Positions 1 through 10,685 of a stretch of 64,000 nt of DNA are shown in pieces; the first letter of the stretch is position 1, and the number at the start of each line of letters is the position of its first letter. The notes below the pieces were generated by a model, which was not told the DNA's origin, ran no database searches, and saw only the letters and a program-made list of their open reading frames with translations. The DNA comes from Spirochaetia bacterium (GTDB taxonomy: Bacteria > Spirochaetota > Spirochaetia > CAKZLE01), in assembly GCA_963677595.1 (NCBI GenBank), contig OY782041.1, positions 1,504,001 to 1,568,000 on the forward strand, written 5' to 3'. The translations under genes were made by a program, and so were the position numbers.

Positions 1-591
1 GTAGGCACTGTACTGCTCGATGAAGTAGTTCATGAAGCTCTCGAAACTGTCAACGAAGTAATAGGTGGTATCGCGGAACTCCTCGAAGAAGGGGATGAAA
101 GCCTCATCATTGAAGATGTAGTCGAACCTCCCCTCGTCCACATAGTTGAGCGTCTCGACGAGCTTGTTGATCGATATATTCAGGTCATCGAGGCGCTCCA
201 TCGCCCGGTTGTGCATGGTCCGGGCAGTCTCATACTGGTCGAGCAGTTCCTGGTTCGCGAGGGTGAGCTCCTTGCTCGTCTCCATGAACTCATTGAAGGA
301 GTCCTGGTAGAGGGTGATGGAGTTCCGCCACTCCTTCACGGTGACTGTGGTACGGGGTGAGTAGGTGTAGGACTTGAGCTGGCCGTAGATCTTCGGGACG
401 AAGATATCGAAGACCATGTCCTTCATGAGGCTGTGGACCTCACGGGAACGCACCTGCATCTCGATCCCCTTCTGCACGGAATTGTTGATGGCATTGACCC
501 TGCCGATCGTGAACAGCCCGAGCCCCGTGAACAGGAGGGCCCCGATGATGAAGATGGCTGCCAGTGATATGAGTTTTGTCCGGATTCTCAT
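1..591 (-). CDS. Membrane-anchored sensor protein, N-terminal part (MCP or histidine kinase type); runs off the window edge
   Basis: Manually read open frame from ATG at 591: MRIRTKLISLAAIFIIGALLFTGLGLFTIGRV..., a KL-TM start followed by a helical periplasmic region; not in the ORF track because it is truncated. Confidence 0.6.
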   Translation of the reverse strand, partial: MRIRTKLISLAAIFIIGALLFTGLGLFTIGRVNAINNSVQKGIEMQVRSREVHSLMKDMVFDIFVPKIYGQLKSYTYSPRTTVTVKEWRNSITLYQDSFNEFMETSKELTLANQELLDQYETARTMHNRAMERLDDLNISINKLVETLNYVDEGRFDYIFNDEAFIPFFEEFRDTTYYFVDSFESFMNYFIEQYSAY

Positions 592-658
592 AGGGCAATC
601 CTACCACATAAACGGGATGTGGGCAAAAGGAGAATCGGGTTCTGCAGGCTGGTTTGTA

Positions 659-1744
659 TCAGCCGATCGTCCTGATCTCCTCACGATAGAGCGATATCCT
701 GTTCCTGCCGGCCTGCTTCGAGGCATAGAGGGCGGTGTCTGCATGGTAGACCATGGTATCGAGCGTGGTGTAGGCATCGGGGACCATCGCACAGATCCCG
801 GCACTCAAGGTGATGGGCTCCCGGATACCCGGGTGGGTCACACCCTCCCAGGTTTCCCGCATCCGCCCCATGACCTCCTCGGCAGCCTTCGCACCGGTGT
901 CGTTGAAGAGGAAGATGAACTCATCCCCGCCGATGCGGGAGATCAGGTCGGTCACCCGCATCTCGGCACTGCAGCAGGAAGCGAACCGCTGGAGCACCTC
1001 ATCGCCGACCTGGTGGCCGTAGGTATCATTGATCGTCTTGAAGTGGTCAATATCGAGCATGACGACGGCAAGCTCCTGCTGTTTCCGTGAAGCAGCCTCG
1101 AAGAGCATCCTCCCCTCTATATCGAACCGGTACCGGTTCCCGATGTGTGTCAGGGGATCCTCCATGGCCATATGGAAGAGGTTCTCATGGATCTGGGCAT
1201 TCTCGAGGGCGATGGCCAGGGGGCTGGAGATCAGCTCGGCAAGCTTCAGGTGGTGGTCGTTGAAGCCGTTCTTCCGGAAACTGTCCAGGGCGATCAGCCC
1301 GATCTTCTCGTTGTAGTGGATCAGGGGTATCCCCATCCAGGAGAGGATCCTCTTCTCCCCCGGGGGCTGTACGAAGCTGGGGAACTTCTTCTCGACATCC
1401 TTCGAGAGTACCGGCAGGCCTGAGTTCAGGGCATAGGTACTCAGGCTCCCCTCGAAGGGGTACGGGAACCTCAGTTTCTTCACCTCGCTCTCATTCTGGT
1501 AGCCGCTGCCGCCGATGACCTGGAGCTCATTGCCCTTGAGCAACTGCAGGGAGGCCATATCATAGGGGATGACCTTCCGTGCCCCCTCGAGGATCAGCTT
1601 CACGGCACTCTCGAGGTTGTGTGCCCTCCCGATGATGGCAGAGAGCTCCCCGAGTATCTCGATCTCCTGCTTCAGGTTCTGCTCCGAGATCTCGACCTGC
1701 TTGAGACGCGCCTCCAGTTCTGTGATTCTCTGTCTTAGATCCAT
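659..1744 (-). CDS. GAF-GGDEF diguanylate cyclase
   Basis: N-terminal coiled coil, GAF domain, DPLT, DIDHFKxINDxYGHxxGD, intact GGDEF with RxxD I-site (RVTD). Confidence 0.93.
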   Translation of the reverse strand: MDLRQRITELEARLKQVEISEQNLKQEIEILGELSAIIGRAHNLESAVKLILEGARKVIPYDMASLQLLKGNELQVIGGSGYQNESEVKKLRFPYPFEGSLSTYALNSGLPVLSKDVEKKFPSFVQPPGEKRILSWMGIPLIHYNEKIGLIALDSFRKNGFNDHHLKLAELISSPLAIALENAQIHENLFHMAMEDPLTHIGNRYRFDIEGRMLFEAASRKQQELAVVMLDIDHFKTINDTYGHQVGDEVLQRFASCCSAEMRVTDLISRIGGDEFIFLFNDTGAKAAEEVMGRMRETWEGVTHPGIREPITLSAGICAMVPDAYTTLDTMVYHADTALYASKQAGRNRISLYREEIRTIG

Positions 1745-1842
1745 CTGCCGCTCTTACCCATCTCCTGCCGCTCCCATACCGGGGAGCCGATTCTATACAT
1801 ACTATAGCATGGAAGGCCTTGATTTTGAACTCTTACTTTGTA

Positions 1843-2163
1843 CTAATTACAATTCGAAGCCTGAAGCGCGGTACGAACCGCATCATCTCCGGGGTAGCCG
1901 GTATGAAAGACCACTTCCCCATCGATCGCGAGAGCCGGCGTGTACCTGTGCTCCCCATCCTCGCGGGGCAGCCTCGTACAGCCCGGGCAGTAGCCGTAGA
2001 GGCAGCCGATCTCCACCCCGAAGCGTTCTGCCTCTTCATCACTCTCAGTCTTGGAGATCGTGTAATCGATCCCCAGGGAGTCAGCTATCTCCCTGACGAA
2101 CTCAAGGTAACTGTCACTGACTGCACAATGGGACCCGATGATGACGATCGATAGCTTCTGCAT
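1843..2163 (-). CDS. Small thioredoxin-fold (redox-disulfide type) protein with Cys-rich insert
   Basis: GSHCAVS at the N-terminus, TPALAIDGEVVFHTGYP cis-Pro motif, inserted GCLYGYCPGC. Confidence 0.7.
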   Translation of the reverse strand: MQKLSIVIIGSHCAVSDSYLEFVREIADSLGIDYTISKTESDEEAERFGVEIGCLYGYCPGCTRLPREDGEHRYTPALAIDGEVVFHTGYPGDDAVRTALQASNCN

Positions 2164-2205
2164 AGTGAGATCATAGCATAAACAGCCCGGTTCGTGTACC
2201 AGGGA

Positions 2206-2967
2206 TCACAGCCCGACCGGGTACGGCCTCCGGGAACTCCTGAAATCCCCGTCCTCCTCCACTTCAAGCCTGACGACATAGTCCCGGCATTCGGGATTGA
2301 TGAGGGTATAGACACCTTCGGGGAGCTTCAGGTAGGCAGTGCGCCCAAGGGCGGAAGCTGTCGCTACCGGCACGCCCCGGCAGTCCGCGATCCAGTGCCC
2401 CGGGATGATGTCGGGGACACGTACCGGGAACACCTCTTTCAGCGCGACCTCATCGGGGACCCCTCCCCCGAAGAGCAGCTGGAAATAGAGTTCCCCCCAG
2501 TCCGCGGCCCAGGGCCTCCCATCCGTGGATTCCCAGACGGTATCGACTAAATCCGGGTAGTCGATACTCCCGAGCAGGTCAGCGAACTCGGTATGGTACC
2601 GCAGCAGGGAATCAGCGACATCACCGGCCTTGCTGGTGAACGAACAGCACTCCCCCTCCTCATCAGGGTCGATGCAGACCCCCAGCGGTGCATAGCTTCC
2701 CAGGGGGTAGGCTGCGGCGATACAGGGAAGGCCTTTCGGGATCTCGAGCGTGCAGCCGTCAGCATCCTCGGGGAGATAGACGGTCTTCACCCCGTACTCA
2801 TCGAGATAGCGGACCGTATACCAGACGGGAGACTTGAGGGCATGCTCCCAGGGCGAGCGCTCAGCGAACCGCACATCGATGCGATAGGTATCATATTCGA
2901 ATATGCAGGCTGCTGCCGAAACCAGGACCAGGATGGTGATTATTAAGAGAATCAGTTGTGTCTTCAT
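2206..2967 (-). CDS. Hypothetical lipoprotein
   Basis: Hydrophobic signal ending SAAA-C; 253-aa ORF in operon-like position. Confidence 0.6.
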   Translation of the reverse strand: MKTQLILLIITILVLVSAAACIFEYDTYRIDVRFAERSPWEHALKSPVWYTVRYLDEYGVKTVYLPEDADGCTLEIPKGLPCIAAAYPLGSYAPLGVCIDPDEEGECCSFTSKAGDVADSLLRYHTEFADLLGSIDYPDLVDTVWESTDGRPWAADWGELYFQLLFGGGVPDEVALKEVFPVRVPDIIPGHWIADCRGVPVATASALGRTAYLKLPEGVYTLINPECRDYVVRLEVEEDGDFRSSRRPYPVGL

Positions 2968-2995
2968 ACCTCTTATAAACAGGTATGGGGAAGGA

Positions 2996-3532
2996 TCACT
3001 TCACTGTTTCACTGCGAATCTGCCAAAGATATGAATTTCGTATCTCCTTCAGGAGATCTCGGTAAGCTTCTGTCCTGAAATCGGTATAGGTCCAGGGGAG
3101 GACCTGGTATCCTCCATGCATATAGATGAGCGTCACCTCACCGTAGACCCCCTGCTGGAGGGGTATCCTGTGGCCTCGGTCCTTCGTGGTCGCGAGGATG
3201 AACCGGTCGCGGGAGAGGATGCCGGGATCGAGGTTGATCTTCCGCTTCCCCTCCTCTGAGAACCGCTGCTCGATCCTGTCAGTCTGGTGTTTGATAGACG
3301 CGAGGCCTTCCGGTGATACGAGGTCCCGGGCAACATAGAAATAGCGCTGGATGCCGGGACCCATCTCCTTCTCGTAATAATCGGTGAACGTGAAGGGGCC
3401 CGGCCCGTATACCTGTTCTATCGGGCCGAAGGCATCGGTGAGGATCTCCTCAAGCTCCCCATGCCGCCCGGGGCGGGTGGAGAGTACCCCGATGACGAGC
3501 TTCTCCTTCGTGAACTTCCCGATCGAACCCAT
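2996..3532 (-). CDS. DUF4416 family protein
   Basis: FTDYYEKEMG, RKINLDPG, LATTK, HRIPL and PWTYxD motifs. Confidence 0.85.
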   Translation of the reverse strand: MGSIGKFTKEKLVIGVLSTRPGRHGELEEILTDAFGPIEQVYGPGPFTFTDYYEKEMGPGIQRYFYVARDLVSPEGLASIKHQTDRIEQRFSEEGKRKINLDPGILSRDRFILATTKDRGHRIPLQQGVYGEVTLIYMHGGYQVLPWTYTDFRTEAYRDLLKEIRNSYLWQIRSETVK

Positions 3533-3538
3533 CGCCTG

Positions 3539-5458
3539 TTATCTCCCGGAACTGAATGTCCCCAGGACCCTAACGCTGTCGCAGTGTTCGTTCAGCTCCT
3601 TGACGGCGACCCTGAACTCGTCAGGGTCGGAGATCTCGGTCTCGACGAAGAACATGTACTCCCACGGCTTGCCGAGGATCGGGCGGGACTCGAGCTTGTT
3701 CATGTTGAGCCCATGGGCAGAGAGTACCTGCAGGGCTGCGAAGAGGGCCCCTGGCTTGTCTGGCGTGGAGAAGATGAGGACACCGCGGTTCGGTTCCTTC
3801 AGCGGGGACATCTCCTTCGCGTACTCCTCGCGCGTGATGATATAGAAGCGGGTATAGTTCCTCGGGTTGGTCTCGATACCCTCCTTGAGGATCTCCATCT
3901 GGTAGAACTCAGCAGCCTGGGCCCCGGCTATCGCCGCGCAGGTCGGGTCGTTCATCTCCTTGACATAGGCAACCGCACCGGCCGTGTCGAAGAAGGGGAT
4001 CGGTTCCATCTCCGGGTAGGACTCGAGGAACTCGGCACACTGGGCGAGCCCCTGCGGATGGGAATAGACCTTCCTGATCGATGAGAGGTCGGAGCCGGGA
4101 AGGGCTATCAGGTTATGGACGATCCTGATCTGCTGCTCTCCGACCACCTCGATGTCGGGGTGGCTGAGCAGGAGGTCGAAATTGTCATTGATGGTGCCTG
4201 CCAGGGAGTTCTCCATCGGGATCACCCCGAAGGCAGTCTCCCCGTGCATGACCGAGGAGAAGACATCCTTGAAGGCGTGGTATGGGACTGCCGTGATATC
4301 CTGGTTGAAGAACCTGGCGGCTGCCAGTTCACTGTAGGCCCCGTGCACACCCTGGAAGGCAGCCTGGAGCCTGCCGTCTGACCCGGTCTTCGTCTCGTCC
4401 TTCAGGGTCTGGAGGACGATCTGGTTCTTTCCCTGTACGGGGACCGTCTCGATCGACTTCCCGATGACCGGTACGAGCGCCTCTATGTCACGCATGAGCT
4501 TCTCGAACTGCTCCGGGTAGAGGGATTGCGGGCCGTCGGAGAGCGCCTTGTCAGGCTCGGTATGGACCTCGACGGTGATCCCGTCCGCCCCGGCCGCGAC
4601 AGCGGCGAGTGCCATCGGGATGACCTTGCCCCGCAGACCGGTCCCGTGGCTCGGGTCCACGATCACCGGCAGGTGGCTGAGCTTCTTCACGACCGGGATG
4701 GCACTGAGGTCGAGCGTGTTCCTGGTATAGGTCTCGAAGGTCCTGATCCCCCGTTCACAGAGGACGACGTCATCGGTCCCGTGGGCCATCAGGTACTCGG
4801 CAGCCATCAGCCACTCCTCGATGGTGGCGGCCATGCCGCGCTTGAGGAGGACCGGCCGGCCGGTCTTCCCGACAGCCTTCAGCAGCTCGAAGTTCTGCAT
4901 GTTCCTCGCACCGATCTGGTACATATCGACATAGTCGAGCATCATATCCACATGTTCGTGGCTGACGATCTCGCTCACCACGGGGAGGCCGACACTCTCG
5001 CCCGCCTCCTTGAGGTACTGCAAGCCCTTCTCGCCGAGCCCCTGGAAGGAATAGGGAGAGGTCCGCGGCTTGAATGCCCCGCCCCGGAGCATGACAGCCC
5101 CGGCTTTCGCCACCTCAGCCCCGATCTCGAGGATACGCTCCCGCGACTCGATCGCGCAGGGGCCGGCTATCGTCATGACCCGGTTGCCGCCGATCTTGAT
5201 GTTCCCGGCCCTGACGATCGTATCCTCTTTCTTCAACTCCCGTGAGGCCAGCTTATAGGGCCTGGAGATGGGGATGACAGAATTGACCCCGTCGAGTACC
5301 TCGACGGTACGGAGGTCGATCCTCGACTTCCCAACAGCGCCGAATACGATATCTTCCTCACCGATGATCTCCCTGACCTGGAACCCGCGGTCCTCGAGGA
5401 ATATCCTAATATCTGATTTCTTCTTCTCAGTGATGTTCTTCTGTAATACGACAATCAT
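3539..5458 (-). CDS. aroF-pheA: Bifunctional DAHP synthase (type I-beta, N-terminal regulatory domain) / prephenate dehydratase-ACT fusion
   Basis: [38 protein letters not shown]; then FQGxxGAYSE, [30 protein letters not shown]; start at MIVVLQ behind a GAGG RBS. Confidence 0.93.
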   Translation of the reverse strand: MIVVLQKNITEKKKSDIRIFLEDRGFQVREIIGEEDIVFGAVGKSRIDLRTVEVLDGVNSVIPISRPYKLASRELKKEDTIVRAGNIKIGGNRVMTIAGPCAIESRERILEIGAEVAKAGAVMLRGGAFKPRTSPYSFQGLGEKGLQYLKEAGESVGLPVVSEIVSHEHVDMMLDYVDMYQIGARNMQNFELLKAVGKTGRPVLLKRGMAATIEEWLMAAEYLMAHGTDDVVLCERGIRTFETYTRNTLDLSAIPVVKKLSHLPVIVDPSHGTGLRGKVIPMALAAVAAGADGITVEVHTEPDKALSDGPQSLYPEQFEKLMRDIEALVPVIGKSIETVPVQGKNQIVLQTLKDETKTGSDGRLQAAFQGVHGAYSELAAARFFNQDITAVPYHAFKDVFSSVMHGETAFGVIPMENSLAGTINDNFDLLLSHPDIEVVGEQQIRIVHNLIALPGSDLSSIRKVYSHPQGLAQCAEFLESYPEMEPIPFFDTAGAVAYVKEMNDPTCAAIAGAQAAEFYQMEILKEGIETNPRNYTRFYIITREEYAKEMSPLKEPNRGVLIFSTPDKPGALFAALQVLSAHGLNMNKLESRPILGKPWEYMFFVETEISDPDEFRVAVKELNEHCDSVRVLGTFSSGR

Positions 5459-5591
5459 CCCGGCACCTCTAGCGTAAGTTTTATTGCACTCCCAAATTAT
5501 GCATGATGATAGCATATTTATTCATTGACCATCAATCGGAGCGACGGGAGGAAACCTTCCAATTCCCGGTAAAACCCGCTATATTCAAACC

Positions 5592-6257
5592 ATGGATGAT
5601 GAACGATACTGGGACTCGATCTTCGAGCAGATGAAAGCAGCCCTCGAAGCTGCAGGGGGAGGACTGCCCTCGGTCTCACAGATCGCCGAGGAGAGCAGAG
5701 AGCCCTATCACGTCCTCATCTCCACGGTCATCTCGCTGCGCACCAAGGATGAGGTGACCCTCGCGGCCTCGAGGAGGCTCTTCGCACTGGCAGCGACGCC
5801 GCAGCAGATGCTCACCCTCTCTCCCGGGGAGATCGAGCAGGCGATCTACCCTGCCGGGTTCTACCGGACGAAGGCAAAGAACATCCTCGAGATCTCCCGT
5901 ATCCTCATCGAGTCATATGGAGGCCGGGTCCCTGACAGCCGGGATGACCTCCTAGCCCTTCCCGGGGTCGGCATCAAGACGGCAAACCTCACGCTCAACC
6001 TCGGCTTCGGCATCGATGCGGTCTGCGTGGACACCCACGTCCACCGGATCTCGAACCGGATGGGATGGATCTCCACGAAGAGTCCGGAGGAGTCGGAGCA
6101 GGTCCTCCAGGACGTCCTCCCGCGGAGGTTCTGGATCCCGCTGAACGAACTGCTCGTGACCTATGGGCAGAGGATCTGCACCCCTGCCTCACCCTGGTGC
6201 TCACGCTGCGGGGTCTATAGCCAGTGCAGGAGATCTGGTGTCACGAGACACCGCTAG
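5592..6257 (+). CDS. nth: Endonuclease III
   Basis: HhH-GPD motif LPGVGIKTA, VDTHVHRI, C-terminal CxxxxxxCxxCxxxxxC Fe-S loop. Confidence 0.93.
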   Translation: MDDERYWDSIFEQMKAALEAAGGGLPSVSQIAEESREPYHVLISTVISLRTKDEVTLAASRRLFALAATPQQMLTLSPGEIEQAIYPAGFYRTKAKNILEISRILIESYGGRVPDSRDDLLALPGVGIKTANLTLNLGFGIDAVCVDTHVHRISNRMGWISTKSPEESEQVLQDVLPRRFWIPLNELLVTYGQRICTPASPWCSRCGVYSQCRRSGVTRHR

Positions 6258-6266
6258 GAGGATGGT

Positions 6267-6734
6267 ATGATCATAGTCAGTGCCTGCCTTGCAGGCAGGA
6301 GATGCCGGTATGACGGGAATGATTTCCCGCATAACTTCACGGAACTCATGAAGCGTCTTGTCGATCTCGGGACTGCGGTGGCAGTCTGCCCTGAAGAGGC
6401 GGGAGGGCTCCCCACACCGAGGACCCCTGCCGAGCTGATCGATGGACGGGTGGTCGATAAGGAGGGCCGGGACCTCACCGATGCATACCTCGCAGGCTGC
6501 AGGAAGATCCTCTCATCGCTCGAGGGACAGGAGTTGGACTTTGCCTTCCTCAAGTCGCGTTCGCCCTCCTGCGGCCTGCACTCAGTCTATGACGGGACCT
6601 TCTCCGGCAGGCTCATCCCCGGTTCCGGGGTCTTCGCTTCTGCCCTCCAGAAGGCCTTCCCACAGCTTCCCTGTTTCGATGAGACGGGGACCATCCCGCT
6701 ACCCGGGCTGTTTCCCCCTGCGGATCGAAACTGA
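6267..6734 (+). CDS. DUF523 (2-thiouracil desulfurase-like) protein
   Basis: VSACLAGxxCRYDG, VCPEExGGLPTPR, LKSRSPSCG. Confidence 0.9.
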   Translation: MIIVSACLAGRRCRYDGNDFPHNFTELMKRLVDLGTAVAVCPEEAGGLPTPRTPAELIDGRVVDKEGRDLTDAYLAGCRKILSSLEGQELDFAFLKSRSPSCGLHSVYDGTFSGRLIPGSGVFASALQKAFPQLPCFDETGTIPLPGLFPPADRN

Positions 6735-7625
6735 GCCGTGCTGGGAGAGCAGGACCCCGAGGATGACCACGACCATACCTGCAGCCTTCAGCAGGGTGAA
6801 GCGCTCCCCGAAGAAGAGCAGCGAGACCACCGCCGTGACTGCGGGAACGAGGTTCACGAACCCGTTGGCCTTTGACGGCCCGACAGCCTTGATCCCGTAG
6901 TTCAAGAAGATGAAGGCAAGCGAGGAGGCGAACACGGCAAGGAACACGATGCTGATGATCGCCCCCCAGCCGTACTCCCCGCTGATGACCCGAGCAAAGT
7001 GTGCCCCATCGTACTCGAAGGTGAAGAAGAGCGGCAGGAACATCAGGAGGCCGAAGAGGTTCTGTACCGCCGTGATCGTGACGGGGGAGTACCCGGTAGG
7101 GAGGCCCCTGACTAAGAGCGTGTAGAAGATCGCGGCAAAGACTGCCCCGAAGATCAGCAGTACCCCGAGTACACTCATATCGCCGCCGACAGAGAAGTCA
7201 TTGAGGACGAGCATGACCACCCCGAGAAACGAGATGACCAGCCCGAGATAGTTGTTCCGTGTGATCCGTTCACCGAGAAAGAGCCGGGAGAAGACCGGCG
7301 TGATCACCGGCATGGTCGCGATGAGGATCGATGCGACGGATGCCGAGACCTGCCTGAGCCCGAAGGTCTCGCAGAGGAAATACCCGAGCGGCTGCATGAG
7401 CGCGATCCCGAGGAAGAGCGGCAGGTCCGCCTTCCTGGGGATGCCGGCCTTCCCGAACCGTACCCCGTTGAGTACCAGGAGGAAGATCGAGGAGATCACC
7501 AGCCGTGAGGTCACGATGGTGATCGGACCGAGCACCTTCAGGGCCTCCTTGGTTGCCGGGAACGAGATCCCGTAGAAGGTCATGGCAAGGATCATATATA
7601 TGTAGGCTTTACGGTCTCCAGACAT
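6699..7625 (-). CDS. DMT/EamA family transporter
   Basis: About 10 TM helices in two EamA repeats (FLGER.., FFGERFT). Confidence 0.88.
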   Translation of the reverse strand: MSGDRKAYIYMILAMTFYGISFPATKEALKVLGPITIVTSRLVISSIFLLVLNGVRFGKAGIPRKADLPLFLGIALMQPLGYFLCETFGLRQVSASVASILIATMPVITPVFSRLFLGERITRNNYLGLVISFLGVVMLVLNDFSVGGDMSVLGVLLIFGAVFAAIFYTLLVRGLPTGYSPVTITAVQNLFGLLMFLPLFFTFEYDGAHFARVISGEYGWGAIISIVFLAVFASSLAFIFLNYGIKAVGPSKANGFVNLVPAVTAVVSLLFFGERFTLLKAAGMVVVILGVLLSQHGSVSIRRGKQPG

Positions 7626-7676
7626 GGGCAGCCCTCCATCCGGCACTATCATGCCACAGCAGAGGGATCTTGCCAA

Positions 7677-8930
7677 TCAGGAAGGGGAAACTTTTAAGCA
7701 GGCTTCGGTGTAGAGACCGATGAGGGTGCTGGTGATGACATCCCAGCTGTAGCGCTTCATCACCTCCTCATGCCCGGCTTTCGCATAGGCGGAACAGCTC
7801 TCCCGGTCGAGCACGAGGTGCAGGAGGGCATCCTTCATGCTCCCTGAGAACCTGGCAGGGGCCTCAGGGTCGAAGAGCTGGCCGTTCTTCCCGTGTTCGA
7901 TGAGGTGGGGAAGGACTCCCCGTTTCGCGGCTGCCACCGGCAGCCCGGCAGCCCAGGCCTCGAGCACAGCCATGCCGGAAAGCTCATGGAGGGAGGGCAG
8001 GATGAAGCAGTCAGCCGCCTTGTAGGCATTGATCAGGTCCCGGCTCTCATGGGGGAGCCCGGGGATGATCGTCACATGGTTCTCCAGCTTCTGGAGGGCG
8101 ATCTCCTTGAGCACCTCCTCATAATACTGCCTGTTCCCCACAGAGCCAATGAAGAGCAGGTGGACATCAGGGGCTTTCATGAGGATGTCGGGGAGCTGTC
8201 TCACCAGAGAGAGCTGGTTCTTCTGGGGGTCTATCGGTGCGACGTTCAGCACCAGGAACTTCTTATGGGGGATGCTGTAGAGCGTCCTGAACCAGGTCCC
8301 GTCCCCTTCCGAGAACCGTGCAGGGTCGATCCCGTTCGGGAGGTGGACGACCCGCTTCCCGGGGTAGAGCCGGGAGATCGCGGTGAACTCATCCCGGTCG
8401 ACACAGATGATGACGGCAGCGTCCTCGATCACCTTGCGGGAGCCGTAGAGGAAGCCGAGAAGCTTCCCCCACTCCATGACCCCCCGAGGGGACTCGTCCC
8501 GTGAAGGTCCCTCACCCATGGAGGCGGCGAAATCACGCCCATGAAGGGTGATCACGTAGGGGATCCCCTTCCTGTTCGCGACATGCCTGCCGATCCCCCC
8601 GAGCCGCTTCCCGGCATGCAGGTGGATGATGTCGACCTCAGCCTCCCTGCCGAGGGCCCGCAGCAGGGGGAAGGAGAAGGGGTCACCGGATCCGCTGTCG
8701 AACCGGCGCCGCAGTTCACTGCTGAGCCCAAAATAGGGGTAGAAATAGGGGAACCGCCGTATGCCGATCTCCTGGACTGTCTCCTCGGCGATGCCGCATT
8801 GGGCCGTGGTCGTCATCACCTGCGGGGAGTGGCCCTCCTTCATCAGCCGCATAGAGGTCTCCGCGACAAAGGCCTCGGTGCCGCCGCGTTCATCAGGGGC
8901 AAATCGTCTGGGAATCTGTATTATCTTCAT
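7677..8930 (-). CDS. Glycosyltransferase family 4
   Basis: GGTE, PNGID, KNQ, LPSLHE..GMAVLEAWAAGLPV; start at MKIIQIPRRF. Confidence 0.9.
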   Translation of the reverse strand: MKIIQIPRRFAPDERGGTEAFVAETSMRLMKEGHSPQVMTTTAQCGIAEETVQEIGIRRFPYFYPYFGLSSELRRRFDSGSGDPFSFPLLRALGREAEVDIIHLHAGKRLGGIGRHVANRKGIPYVITLHGRDFAASMGEGPSRDESPRGVMEWGKLLGFLYGSRKVIEDAAVIICVDRDEFTAISRLYPGKRVVHLPNGIDPARFSEGDGTWFRTLYSIPHKKFLVLNVAPIDPQKNQLSLVRQLPDILMKAPDVHLLFIGSVGNRQYYEEVLKEIALQKLENHVTIIPGLPHESRDLINAYKAADCFILPSLHELSGMAVLEAWAAGLPVAAAKRGVLPHLIEHGKNGQLFDPEAPARFSGSMKDALLHLVLDRESCSAYAKAGHEEVMKRYSWDVITSTLIGLYTEACLKVSPS

Positions 8931-9038
8931 CTCTTGGGCTCTCCGTTCCAACAGTATACCTGAATCAAGAACCGTGAGCAATGAGAATAGGCAGGGTGAG
9001 GGTTTGACAGCAAGGGGGAAATAGAAGAAGATATTCAC

Positions 9039-10022
9039 ATGCTGAAGACTGATACAGGCCCTGAAGACCCCACCCCTGCTCCCCATGCTGCTGCAGGCCC
9101 CTTATCCTCGTTCCCCCTCGCCATCGGGACCTGGTCCTTCGGTGACGATACCTACTGGGAGGGGCAGAGAAAGGAAGACTCGGCAGGGGCGGTCACCTAT
9201 GCGCTGGGACACGGCATCCGCCATATAGACACGGCTGCCCGGTACGGGAACGGGAGGGCTGAACAGCTCGTCGGCCAGCTGGTGCGCAGGTGCTCTTCCC
9301 GCATCAGCCGCGAGGAGCTGGTCCTCGCGACGAAGGTCAGCACCTATGACCCGGGCTCGGTCGAGAAGCGGGTCCGCACCAGCCTCGCCCGGCTGCAGAC
9401 GGACTACCTCGATATCGCCTACCTCCACTGGCCGAAGCGGGGGGTCGACATCATCCCGGTCTACCGGGAACTTGCCCGGCTGAAGCAGGCCGGGCTGCTG
9501 CGGTTCATCGGGGCGACCAACCTGCCTGCCCCCCTGCTGCGGGAACTCCACGCTGCCGTCCCTCTTGATATCTTCCAGACCGCCTACTCCCTCCTCTGGC
9601 GTAAGCCGGAAGATGATATCATCCCCTTCTGCCGGGAAGCGGGGATCACCCTTGCTGCCTACAGCCCCCTGGCACAGGGGCTCCTCTCACGGGAGGATGC
9701 GGCATTCGCCTCTGAGGATCCCAGGAACCGGCTGGTGCCGCTGCGCCGCGGGCATATCGAGCGAACGAAGGCAGTCGTGTCGGCATTATCTGAGGTCTCC
9801 GGGGAGACCGGGAAGTCCATGGCACAGGTGGCCATCGACTGGATCGCCCGGAAGCAGTCCATCGACACCACCATCCTCGGCTGCAGGGACTCATCCCAGC
9901 TCTCAGGCCTGCTCGCCGCCCATGATGAGCCGCTGTCGGATGAGCATATGGGGCTGCTCGACTCTGTCTCTGACCAGACACGGTGCTATGAGGAAGACAA
10001 TATCTTCGGCCATACGTGGTAG
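9039..10022 (+). CDS. Aldo/keto reductase
   Basis: GTWSFG, DTAARYGNGxAE, LATK, SLxRLQTDYLD, HWP, YSPLAQGLL. Confidence 0.92.
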   Translation: MLKTDTGPEDPTPAPHAAAGPLSSFPLAIGTWSFGDDTYWEGQRKEDSAGAVTYALGHGIRHIDTAARYGNGRAEQLVGQLVRRCSSRISREELVLATKVSTYDPGSVEKRVRTSLARLQTDYLDIAYLHWPKRGVDIIPVYRELARLKQAGLLRFIGATNLPAPLLRELHAAVPLDIFQTAYSLLWRKPEDDIIPFCREAGITLAAYSPLAQGLLSREDAAFASEDPRNRLVPLRRGHIERTKAVVSALSEVSGETGKSMAQVAIDWIARKQSIDTTILGCRDSSQLSGLLAAHDEPLSDEHMGLLDSVSDQTRCYEEDNIFGHTW

Positions 10023-10052
10023 GGACTGCCGTTCTGTGATACACTCATCAGC

Positions 10053-10685
10053 ATGCGAATTCCCACTGAGACACGTGAATGCGAGATCGAGATCAAGAGA
10101 TCGAAGTTCATCACCTATACCTTCCCCGTCGAGACGACCGAGGATGTGAAGAGACACCTCAAGGAGACCTGGGGTCTGCACCCCCAGGCTTCACATGTGG
10201 TCCAGGCCTACATCCTCGGTGACCATGGGGACATCTTCGGGATGAGTGACGACCATGAACCCAAGAACACCGCGGGACGGCCGGCACTGGAGGTGCTCAA
10301 GGGCAGCGGCCTCACCCGGGTCCTCGTCCTCATTGTACGCTACTTCGGGGGGACCAAGCTGGGGACCGGCGGGCTGGTCAAGGCTTATACCCTGGCAGCC
10401 CAGGAGGGGATCGCGAGGATCGCATCCGAGGAGCTGGTCGACCGGAGCCGGTTCAGCCTCGAAATCCCCTATGAGCTCTACACCCCTGCCCAGTCGATCC
10501 TTGCCGACTGTGAGGCTGATGCGCTGGAGGAGGATTTCGGGACGGTGATAACGATCAGGGGACGGATACCGGCAAGCCGGTTCGGGGAAGCGAATGCCGC
10601 TGTCACTGACAGGTCAGCGGGGAAGTGCTCCCTAACGCTTCTCGAACCTCACGAGCAGCAGCACGGTGAGGATGATCAGGTGTGA
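10053..10685 (+). CDS. yigZ: YigZ/IMPACT family protein
   Basis: IKRSKFI, SDDHEPKNTAGRP, VRYFGGTKLGTGGLVKAY. Confidence 0.92.
   Translation: MRIPTETRECEIEIKRSKFITYTFPVETTEDVKRHLKETWGLHPQASHVVQAYILGDHGDIFGMSDDHEPKNTAGRPALEVLKGSGLTRVLVLIVRYFGGTKLGTGGLVKAYTLAAQEGIARIASEELVDRSRFSLEIPYELYTPAQSILADCEADALEEDFGTVITIRGRIPASRFGEANAAVTDRSAGKCSLTLLEPHEQQHGEDDQV

Noticed and set aside
1843-2163. Selenoprotein-type recoding in the thioredoxin-like gene
   Set aside because: No in-frame TGA; the ORF is open with Cys/Ser at the redox site.
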